Assembly: GCA_040377305.1 (NCBI GenBank)
Contig: JBEIPA010000014.1
Span: 64,001 to 128,000 of the forward strand
Reading direction: 5' to 3'
DNA length: 64,000 nucleotides
Source of the DNA: Flavobacteriales bacterium
GTDB lineage: Bacteria; Bacteroidota; Bacteroidia; Palsa-965
How positions within the stretch are numbered: position 1 is the stretch's first letter; every line of letters begins with the position of its first letter. Position numbers and translations under genes: made by a program. This document shows positions 29,011 through 36,005 of the stretch, in pieces. The notes below the pieces were generated by a model. That model was not told the origin of the DNA. It searched no databases and was given only the letters and a program-made list of their open reading frames with translations.

Positions 29011-29041
29011 ATAAAAAAACCCGGTCGTGTGCGGACCGGGT
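29011..29041 (-). terminator. Attenuator terminator 2
   Basis: ACCCGGTC-loop-GACCGGGT followed by a T tract on - strand. Confidence 0.85.
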
Positions 29042-29064
29042 CTAACAAATCAGTTCAACTGATT

Positions 29065-29154
29065 TCAGTTATGACAACATCGGTCCACGAATTTTCCTTT
29101 CTGAAAATCTCGTTCGCTAAAATTGGGCAAGGCTATATAACTATGTTTCTTCAT
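29065..29154 (-). CDS. Leader peptide 2 (MKKHSYIALPNFSERDFQKGKFVDRCCHN)
   Basis: 29-aa ORF ending just before the terminator; contains GGACCG complementary to the terminator 5' arm. Confidence 0.7.
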   Translation of the reverse strand: MKKHSYIALPNFSERDFQKGKFVDRCCHN

Positions 29155-29252
29155 GGTGTTTCTTTCTCTTCAACTTTTTTATTGTCAGGCCGAGTAGTCA
29201 TTGCAGTCTGCGGAGCAACTTGTGCTTGAAGATCGACGTACCGAGGTCGGGC

Positions 29253-29282
29253 AATAAAAAAGCCCCGAATCTCTCCGGGGCT
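29253..29282 (-). terminator. Attenuator terminator 1
   Basis: AGCCCCGG-loop-TCGGGGCT followed by TTTTTATT. Confidence 0.85.
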
Positions 29283-29307
29283 TTACTTCAGTTATATCCT
29301 AAAGCAA

Positions 29308-29385
29308 TTACACCCCGTGCAACAGACGATCTCCTTCGAGATTTATCTGTTTGCGTGTTTGCGGATATGTAAAATGCTTTTTCAT
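29308..29385 (-). CDS. Leader peptide 1 (MKKHFTYPQTRKQINLEGDRLLHGV)
   Basis: 25-aa ORF after a TATATTTG promoter; ends in CGGGGT complementary to the terminator 5' arm. Confidence 0.7.
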   Translation of the reverse strand: MKKHFTYPQTRKQINLEGDRLLHGV

Positions 29386-29404
29386 TTTTCTTCTTATTCT
29401 GCGA

Positions 29405-29412
29405 CAAATATA
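29405..29412 (-). promoter_or_regulatory. Bacteroidota -7 promoter element TATATTTG
   Basis: Matches the TAnnTTTG consensus, about 20 nt upstream of leader 1. Confidence 0.65.
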
Positions 29413-29489
29413 TTGTAAAGAAATAATGCGATCCAAATTATTCTGCAATTATTTTTCATGATTTGCAGTATTTACTTCACTTTGTCCAA

Positions 29490-29510
29490 CTGCGCAAATA
29501 CATTGCGCAG
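29490..29510. promoter_or_regulatory. Candidate WYL-regulator operator (site 2)
   Basis: Perfect CTGCGCAA-N5-TTGCGCAG 35 nt upstream of the WYL gene. Confidence 0.65.
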
Positions 29511-29545
29511 ATAATTCTATCTTAGATGAGCCAATCACGCACATC

Positions 29546-30574
29546 ATGCCGATAAACAAACTCGCACTCATCCGCTACAAGACAATTGATAACTGTCTGC
29601 AGAACCGTTTCCGCAAATGGACACTTGACGATCTAGTGGATGCATGCTCGCGTACACTGGAAGAGTTCGAAGGAATTACACAAGGAGTAAGCAAGCGTAC
29701 TGTTCAGCTCGATATTCAGACGATGCGCAGTGAAAAGCTAGGATACAATGCTCCTATTGTGGTCAGCGACAAGAAGTATTATTCGTACGAAGACAAGAAT
29801 TACAGCATCACGAATATTCCGTTGACGAGTCAGGATTTAGGAACGCTCACGGAAGTTGTAGATATTCTACGCCAGTTTAAAGGGTTCGGTTACTTCGAAG
29901 AGCTCAGCACAATGGTGAACAAGCTCGAGGACAAAGTGCAGTCTCAGAAGAACAAAGGTCGCTCGTATATACACTTTGAGAAAAATGATTTGCTAAAAGG
30001 TCTCGAGTACATCGAATCATTGCACAAGGCGATCATTCGTCAGAAAACGATTGACGTATTATATCAGTCGTTCAAAGCACGTGAAGCGACAAGCATCATT
30101 TTTCATCCTTATCTGCTCAAGGAATACCGCAACCGCTGGTTTGTGATCGGCTCAACGCAAAAGAAAACAATTCTTACTCTGGCACTGGATAGAATTTTTT
30201 CTGTGAAAGAAGTCGGTGGAGAGAAATACATCAAGAATACCTTCTTTGATGTTGACTCGTACTTTGATGATACGATTGGCGTTACGAAGAATCTCGGGAT
30301 TCGACCACAATTGGTCGTGATGAAAATTGATCGTACGAATGCGCCATACGTAATCACAAAACCGATTCACCACACGCAGAAGATTCTGAAGACAGAACCC
30401 GACGGAATGATTTTCAGTATTAACGTGACGTGGAATTTTGAGTTGGAAAGAGAAATCCTTGGGTTTGGTGAACAGATAAAGGTGTTATCGCCAAAGAGAT
30501 TGCAGAATAAGATTAGCTGGAGGGTGAAGAGGATGGTGGAGAGGTATGAGGAACTTCAACCAAATGAACGATGA
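29546..30574 (+). CDS. wHTH-WYL-WCX transcriptional regulator
   Basis: N-terminal HTH (VSKRTVQLDIQTMR), HPYLLKEYRNRWFV and LALDRI WYL motifs, VLSPKRL tail. Confidence 0.92.
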   Translation: MPINKLALIRYKTIDNCLQNRFRKWTLDDLVDACSRTLEEFEGITQGVSKRTVQLDIQTMRSEKLGYNAPIVVSDKKYYSYEDKNYSITNIPLTSQDLGTLTEVVDILRQFKGFGYFEELSTMVNKLEDKVQSQKNKGRSYIHFEKNDLLKGLEYIESLHKAIIRQKTIDVLYQSFKAREATSIIFHPYLLKEYRNRWFVIGSTQKKTILTLALDRIFSVKEVGGEKYIKNTFFDVDSYFDDTIGVTKNLGIRPQLVVMKIDRTNAPYVITKPIHHTQKILKTEPDGMIFSINVTWNFELEREILGFGEQIKVLSPKRLQNKISWRVKRMVERYEELQPNER

Positions 30575-31659
30575 GCGGCAAAGTAAATTCATTTCACGAA
30601 GCAGTTCGAACGAGACCTGGCATGTATATTGGCAGATTGGGTCCCGCTGGTTTCGGTTATCTTGTCAGCGAACTGATTAGAGATTTTGCTGCTGACCTGC
30701 AAGCAAAAGAAGCGCATGTGAGGATCGACATAAAAGGGAAGGTCACAATTAAATTTCCCGAAATAAATTGCACTCAGGCTGACCTTTATACTTTAATAAA
30801 AAATGGTCGGATGAGTCGCAGTTCTTCATTTTGGAGGACATCACTTGCCATTATCCCGCCGTTATCAAAAGCGACCACGCTCAAAATCGGAAGCACTAAG
30901 TATACTGTCAGCCGCAACGCTAAACTTAATCCTCACTTCGAGTCCGATACCGCTAAAGCTATTTCACGATTTGAAATAACCTTTCAACCGGATGCAGGTA
31001 TTCTCAAAGCCAAAGCGCCTGAAATACTTACTTTATGTGCTCGCTTGCATGAGCTCACGGTGGTTTGTCCCGGATTAAAAATCACTTACCGTGATGACAA
31101 TACAAAACCATTTACGCAAATGGTCTGGCATACTCCTGAAGGAATACGCACACTATTGGCGCCGGCACGAAATATGTTTTATGAAAAGAAATTAGAAGGA
31201 GGTTTTTCCTTTAACGAAAAAGGACTACGCGGTGAGGTGTACTGGTTATGTGCAAACGGGGGATGTGATCCTATCTATTCATTTGCTAACGGTGAACGTA
31301 CTGTGAAAGGCGGATCGCATGTGAAAGGATGCGTACAAGGTATACTGGACGCGTTGAAGGATTTAGTCAAAGGAAATGGCGAGAAATATGACTTCAGTGT
31401 GTCTCGTGCAATCCGACATCAATGTCTCGTAGTTTCCGTTTGGGGAAACGGCCTAAGCTATGCGGGCAGTACAAAAGAATGTCTGGAACATAAACCTACA
31501 AACCAAATTCTCCGCAAACTTGTTGGTGCGCACATGGAGCAGCTGTGTGCGTCGAATCCAAAGGATGCTATACAACTTACGTATCGGTTGCAGAAATGGA
31601 ATCTTGCGGAGATGTATCCTGAATTGTATTCCGGAAAATCAAGGAAAAAGAAGAAGTAA
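30571..31659 (+). CDS. Stand-alone degenerate GyrB/ParE N-terminal (GHKL + transducer)-like protein
   Basis: EAVRTRPGMYIG, SFANGERTVKGGSHVKG, YAGSTKECL; no TOPRIM domain. Confidence 0.75.
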   Translation: MSGKVNSFHEAVRTRPGMYIGRLGPAGFGYLVSELIRDFAADLQAKEAHVRIDIKGKVTIKFPEINCTQADLYTLIKNGRMSRSSSFWRTSLAIIPPLSKATTLKIGSTKYTVSRNAKLNPHFESDTAKAISRFEITFQPDAGILKAKAPEILTLCARLHELTVVCPGLKITYRDDNTKPFTQMVWHTPEGIRTLLAPARNMFYEKKLEGGFSFNEKGLRGEVYWLCANGGCDPIYSFANGERTVKGGSHVKGCVQGILDALKDLVKGNGEKYDFSVSRAIRHQCLVVSVWGNGLSYAGSTKECLEHKPTNQILRKLVGAHMEQLCASNPKDAIQLTYRLQKWNLAEMYPELYSGKSRKKKK

Positions 31660-31660
31660 G

Positions 31661-32293
31661 ATGAAAATCATAGCCATTTCAGATACACACGGTCAGCATG
31701 GGAAGGTTGTGCTACCGGAAGGTGATGCGATTATTCACGCTGGTGATGTTTCCGTACGTGGAACTGAATCGCAGATCGTCGATTTCATCAACTGGTTTTC
31801 GGGACTGAACTATCGGTACAAGATTTTCATTGCGGGCAATCATGACTTCTTCTTCGAAAGAGAGTCACAGGAGAAAATCAAATCTCTGATTCCCGAGAAC
31901 GTTATATACCTGAACGATTCCGGTATTGAACTAGAAGGAATCAAAATCTGGGGCTCGCCGATTCAACCCTGGTTTCAGGACTGGGCGTTTAATCGGCAGA
32001 GAGGAATTGATATTCGTAAACACTGGGACATGATTCCGGGTGACACGGATATACTCATCACTCACGGGCCAGCGAAAGGAATTCTCGATCGCTTGGTTTA
32101 CGGAGAAGAAGTTGGTTGTGTTGATCTTCTTGACGCGGTTAACAGAATCAATCCCGCCTTTCATGTCTTCGGCCACATTCATGAAGGATACGGAGAGCAT
32201 CAAGAAGGGAAAACTAAATTCATTAACGCTGCCGTTCTCAATGAAGATTATTTCCTCGCGAATTCACCAATAGCATTTGAGTTCCTAAAATAA
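31661..32293 (+). CDS. Calcineurin-like metallophosphoesterase
   Basis: SDTH, HAGD, AGNHD, THGP, GHIH. Confidence 0.92.
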   Translation: MKIIAISDTHGQHGKVVLPEGDAIIHAGDVSVRGTESQIVDFINWFSGLNYRYKIFIAGNHDFFFERESQEKIKSLIPENVIYLNDSGIELEGIKIWGSPIQPWFQDWAFNRQRGIDIRKHWDMIPGDTDILITHGPAKGILDRLVYGEEVGCVDLLDAVNRINPAFHVFGHIHEGYGEHQEGKTKFINAAVLNEDYFLANSPIAFEFLK

Positions 32294-32294
32294 G

Positions 32295-32380
32295 TTGGGT
32301 AGGCCGGATTCGAACCGACATGTTTAGCACGTGGCAGCAGATTTACAGTCTGCCCCCTTCACCAGTTTGGATACTACCCA
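32295..32380 (-). tRNA. tRNA-Tyr(GTA) copy A
   Basis: TGGGTAG/CTACCCA, GCAGA-CTGTAAA-TCTGC, long variable region. Confidence 0.87.
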
Positions 32381-32384
32381 GTTT

Positions 32385-32455
32385 CAGTAAGCAGTTGTGC
32401 AGTTGGCGGTATCATAATTTGACTGCTTGCTGCCAGGCTGCACTACTGCCTACTG
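32385..32455. repeat. CAGTAAG/CAGTTG heptamer hairpin spacer
   Basis: Same family; duplicated together with tRNA-Tyr. Confidence 0.75.
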
Positions 32456-32461
32456 TTTCAG

Positions 32462-32544
32462 CGGAAGATATAGGAGTCGAACCCTGTCCTTTCGGACCGC
32501 CCCAGATTTCAAGTCTGGTTGACCACCATCGGTCGCTATCTTCC
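32462..32544 (-). tRNA. tRNA-Ser(TGA), non-canonical cloverleaf
   Basis: 8-bp GGAAGATA/TATCTTCC acceptor, G73, CCAGA-CTTGAAA-TCTGG, GTCC-GAAA-GGAC variable arm, short T stem. Confidence 0.75.
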
Positions 32545-32552
32545 AATAATTG

Positions 32553-32640
32553 CGGAGAACATTGGAATTGAACCAATAGTTCACTTTCGCGAACGCACAT
32601 TAGCAGTGTGCTGCAACGAGCCAATAGTTGCCTGCTCTCC
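32553..32640 (-). tRNA. tRNA-Ser(GCT), atypical
   Basis: GGAGAGC/GTTCTCC, G73, GCACA-CTGCTAA-TGTGC, 6-bp variable arm, A8, 5-bp D stem. Confidence 0.82.
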
Positions 32641-32643
32641 TTA

Positions 32644-32725
32644 CAGTAGGCAGTTGGGCAGTCGTTCAGTAGTCAGTCAAGTATTTTTTTGACTGCCTAC
32701 TGCCAAACTGCATTACTGCTTACTG
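32644..32725. repeat. CAGTAGG heptamer hairpin spacer
   Basis: Same family. Confidence 0.75.
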
Positions 32726-32731
32726 GCAAAG

Positions 32732-32805
32732 TACTCCGAAGCAGATTCGAACTGCTACTTAACGGGGCTTAACGCCGTTGTCTCTTCCAGTTGGACTACC
32801 GGAGT
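32732..32805 (-). tRNA. tRNA-Leu(TAA), short variable loop
   Basis: ACTCCGG/TCGGAGT, loop GTTAAGC, A73. Confidence 0.75.
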
Positions 32806-32814
32806 AAAAATTAG

Positions 32815-32900
32815 TTGGGTAGACAGGATTCGAACCTGTACGTTTAGCACATGGCAGCAGATTTACAGTCTGCCCCCTTCACCAGTTTGGATACTACCCA
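32815..32900 (-). tRNA. tRNA-Tyr(GTA) copy B
   Basis: Near-identical to copy A with compensatory T-stem changes. Confidence 0.87.
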
Positions 32901-32904
32901 GTTT

Positions 32905-32980
32905 CAGTAGGCAGTAAGCAGTTGTGCAGTTGGCAGTATCATAATTTGACTGCTTACTGCACACTGCACTGCTGCCTACT
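32905..32980. repeat. CAGTAGG heptamer hairpin spacer
   Basis: Same family. Confidence 0.75.
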
Positions 32981-32987
32981 TCTTTCG

Positions 32988-33060
32988 TAGCGATAAAGAG
33001 ATTCGAACTCTTACTGAACGGTTTCTAAGACCGTTGCCTCTGCCGTTGGGCTACATCGCT
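32988..33060 (-). tRNA. tRNA-Leu(TAG), short variable loop
   Basis: AGCGATG/TATCGCT, ACGGT-CTTAGAA-ACCGT, A73. Confidence 0.83.
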
Positions 33061-33120
33061 ATTTTTTACACAACACTCTTCCACCTCCACATCGCGAATA
33101 TTTTTTCGCAACATGAACTA

Positions 33121-33154
33121 AAAACAAAAAGCCTCCTGATGTTTTCAGGAGGCT
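33121..33154 (-). terminator. Attenuator terminator 3
   Basis: AGCCTCCTGA-loop-TCAGGAGGCT followed by TTTTGTTTT. Confidence 0.88.
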
Positions 33155-33179
33155 CTCGTATACTGTATGATATTACAGA

Positions 33180-33260
33180 TTACACAATACAATCCTCCCT
33201 GTCATTCGTGAGTGAATAACTGCTCAATAAGAGGAGAGAATATGTGTTTACTGTTTTCAT
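33180..33260 (-). CDS. Leader peptide 3 (MKTVNTYSLLLLSSYSLTNDREDCIV)
   Basis: 26-aa ORF between a CACCTTTG promoter-like element and the terminator; CAGGGAGG can pair with the terminator 5' arm. Confidence 0.8.
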   Translation of the reverse strand: MKTVNTYSLLLLSSYSLTNDREDCIV

Positions 33261-33340
33261 TCTGATGCAAAGGTGAAACTTTTTTTCAATCGCTCCGACA
33301 TGAAGTGGAAAATATTTTTTTGATGCGTGAAAACTAAAAC

Positions 33341-33348
33341 TACATTTG
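33341..33348 (+). promoter_or_regulatory. Bacteroidota -7 promoter element TACATTTG
   Basis: TAnnTTTG consensus with upstream TTTG. Confidence 0.6.
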
Positions 33349-33363
33349 CCGTGAAAGACAACC

Positions 33364-33402
33364 ATGAAGGAAGTCTTCAACCATCAACCGCTTCACTCTT
33401 GA
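33364..33402 (+). CDS. Putative leader peptide MKEVFNHQPLHS
   Basis: 12-aa ORF directly after the promoter, ahead of the RNA ligase operon. Confidence 0.45.
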   Translation: MKEVFNHQPLHS

Positions 33403-33506
33403 AGTCATGTAATGCCACAGTCATAACCGGTTCGCGCCGGTAATATCATCTGCCTCTTCCTGAGCGCGGACTGTGATTTTATTATCTTTTCTTAATTCAA
33501 ATTACC

Positions 33507-34205
33507 ATGGCTATTTCAAGAAAATACGGCCGTACATACCATTATCCATTTTCTCCCGGAACTACAAGCGATGATCGCATCAGCCACGACTACTGGAATG
33601 ATGTGACAAAAATTGCTTCGCTGATTCACACGGAAAAACTGGACGGTGAAAACAATTGCCTTAATCGTTATGGTGTTTTTGCGCGTTCGCATGCGGCCCC
33701 ATCGCAATCGCCGTGGACGGCATGGTTGCGTGAACGTTGGGAGTTACTGAAACATGATCTCGGTGATCTGGAAATATTCGGCGAGAATCTTTACGCAATA
33801 CATTCAATCGAATACGCGAAGCTGGAAAATCATTATTATGTTTTCGGTGTGCGGCGCGAAGATCATTGGTTGTCGTGGGAGGAAACTAAGTTCTATGCGA
33901 GTATGCTGGACTTTCCGACTGTACCTGAGATTCAACTTATTTCGACACCCATCGACCGGAAAGTATTCGAAGCCGATGTGCTTTCGATTGTTTCGCAGGA
34001 AAGTAAAATGGGAAGCCTCGATGCTTTCACCGGCAAAGTCTGCACGATGGAAGGAATTGTAACCCGCAACACCGGCGAATATGCCGTAACTGATTTCGCG
34101 CATCATGTTTTCAAATACGTGCGAAAAAGTCACGTGAAAACAGATGCACACTGGACACGTAACTGGAGAAGATCAAAACTGATCTGGGAACGAGCCGGCG
34201 ACTAA
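33507..34205 (+). CDS. ATP-dependent RNA ligase family protein
   Basis: KYGRTYHYPFSPG..DD, motif I TEKLDGEN, FGEN, EGIVTR, FKYV. Confidence 0.88.
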   Translation: MAISRKYGRTYHYPFSPGTTSDDRISHDYWNDVTKIASLIHTEKLDGENNCLNRYGVFARSHAAPSQSPWTAWLRERWELLKHDLGDLEIFGENLYAIHSIEYAKLENHYYVFGVRREDHWLSWEETKFYASMLDFPTVPEIQLISTPIDRKVFEADVLSIVSQESKMGSLDAFTGKVCTMEGIVTRNTGEYAVTDFAHHVFKYVRKSHVKTDAHWTRNWRRSKLIWERAGD

Positions 34206-34223
34206 CTAACAATTTCAAAATGA

Positions 34224-35336
34224 ATGTTTATGTGGACAATTTCGGATATAAAGCAATGGCAAACGCTCTACGACAAGTTCGACTGGGTGCGCGATATGCG
34301 TGGCGTTCCCCAGGATCGCGTGCATCATGCAGAAGGTGATGTGGAAGTACATACGCGCATGGTACTTGATGCGTTGGAAAATCTTCCAGACTATCAGCAA
34401 CTGAATGAACAGGACAGAGAAATTCTTTGGGCTTCTGCTTTGCTGCACGATGTAGAAAAACGATCAACTACTATTCACAATGAAGACGGACGTATATCTT
34501 CTCCCAATCACGCAAAAAAGGGTGCAGCTACAACGCGCAGTTTGTTGTACCGCAACATTCCCGCACCGTTTCATATTCGCGAAGCTGTGGTGAAGCTCGT
34601 GCGTTATCACGGCTTACCGCTGTGGGTATTCCATAAACCTGATCCGGCAAAAGCGCTAATTGCGGCAAGTCTTTCCGTGAATACGCATCACCTTAGTCTG
34701 CTCGCTGAAGCAGATGTGCTTGGAAGAGAATGCGCGGATCGTAATGAACTTCTTTATCGTGTGGAAATGTTTCGGGAACTATGCAAAGAACAGCTCGCGT
34801 ATGGAAAAGCAAAATCCTTTCCATCTGAACTCAGCAAGATGAACTATTTCCGGAAAGAAGACGGTTCGCCGGACTATGAACCATTCGACGTTACGCAATG
34901 TGAAGTAGTTTTACTTTCAGGTTTGCCGGGATCAGGAAAAGACAATTATCTGCGGAAATATCTGAAAGAGTGGCCGGTGGTAAGCATCGATGACATTCGA
35001 AAGAAAAATAAAATCTCCCCGACGGATAAAAAAGGAAATGGCCAGGCGATACAGATGGCGAAGGAACAGGCGCGAGTATACCTGCGAAGCAAAACTTCAT
35101 TCGTGTGGAATGCAACGAACATCACGCGATCTATGCGAGGGCAGTTGATTGATCTGTTTCTCACTTACAAAGCGAAAGTGAAGATCGTGTACGTAGAGGT
35201 TCCTTACGCCACATTGCGTAGACAAAACCGCGAACGTGAACACGTGGTTCCGGCAGCTGCATTGGAGAAATTAATCGATAAGCTGGAGGTTCCAACGCCG
35301 GACGAAGCGCATGAGATCATATATGAAATAAAATAG
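34224..35336 (+). CDS. HD-domain phosphohydrolase + P-loop (polynucleotide kinase-like) protein
   Basis: HHAEGDV..HT, ALLHDVEK, GLPGSGK Walker A, WNATN. Confidence 0.87.
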   Translation: MFMWTISDIKQWQTLYDKFDWVRDMRGVPQDRVHHAEGDVEVHTRMVLDALENLPDYQQLNEQDREILWASALLHDVEKRSTTIHNEDGRISSPNHAKKGAATTRSLLYRNIPAPFHIREAVVKLVRYHGLPLWVFHKPDPAKALIAASLSVNTHHLSLLAEADVLGRECADRNELLYRVEMFRELCKEQLAYGKAKSFPSELSKMNYFRKEDGSPDYEPFDVTQCEVVLLSGLPGSGKDNYLRKYLKEWPVVSIDDIRKKNKISPTDKKGNGQAIQMAKEQARVYLRSKTSFVWNATNITRSMRGQLIDLFLTYKAKVKIVYVEVPYATLRRQNREREHVVPAAALEKLIDKLEVPTPDEAHEIIYEIK

Positions 35337-35431
35337 TGCCCGGACAATCAATTGCAGATGTTCCTTTTTTTAAATATCCATTAAACATGACACTTTTTAT
35401 TGCATCTTAGCTGCTCAACAAATGCATTCTT

Positions 35432-35983
35432 ATGTCCGCTATTTATGATTCCTACGCCATCTTCGGCGAATTTACCGGTAAAGATCTCGGCACCGAAGAA
35501 ATGAAAATGGGATTAGCAAACCGCGTCTTCAATCGTACAGAGGCGCTTCACGGTGACGCAATTTCACTCGTCAAAAAATCCAATCATGAACGCATCCGTC
35601 TGAAACGGGGAGTGTACCGCATTACGGCAACTTCTTTTTTAACCATGCTCACTGCGGGAGTTCCGCCGGTACCTCCGGTGAAGACAGAATTTCTCTCCGA
35701 TGTGTACCCCGGCTACTGTATGTTGTATGATGCAAACGATCCTCCTACCGAAGCGGACATGTCTAAGATGCTTTATCCCGGAACCATGGGAACGGCTTAT
35801 GATGGCGTTCCAAGTCTTCTCGATTGTGTGCTCAAAGTAAAAGACAAACACATGGACATTTCACTCGGCCACCAGTGCAGCTACGATGGACCTAAGGGAG
35901 ATCTCCGGCCAAAAGTTTATCTGCGTATCGGCGGTTCAGACTTCCACGTATGCGCACGCATTTCCATTTTTAAGATCGCTTAA
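35432..35983 (+). CDS. Hypothetical protein
   Basis: 183-aa ORF, no motif recognised. Confidence 0.6.
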   Translation: MSAIYDSYAIFGEFTGKDLGTEEMKMGLANRVFNRTEALHGDAISLVKKSNHERIRLKRGVYRITATSFLTMLTAGVPPVPPVKTEFLSDVYPGYCMLYDANDPPTEADMSKMLYPGTMGTAYDGVPSLLDCVLKVKDKHMDISLGHQCSYDGPKGDLRPKVYLRIGGSDFHVCARISIFKIA

Positions 35984-36005
35984 AACAACCACAATTCTGA
36001 GCTGT

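Noticed and set aside
31460-31660. Frameshift fusion of the GyrB-like and phosphoesterase genes
   Set aside because: The phosphoesterase has its own ATG one base after the upstream stop, consistent with ordinary coupling
32462-32544. tRNA-Sec (selC)
   Set aside because: The anticodon is TGA, not TCA; the D stem is 4 bp; no selA/selB in the window
24874-32980. CRISPR array or Cas-associated repeats
   Set aside because: The repeats are degenerate heptamer hairpins without constant-length unique spacers, and no cas genes are seen
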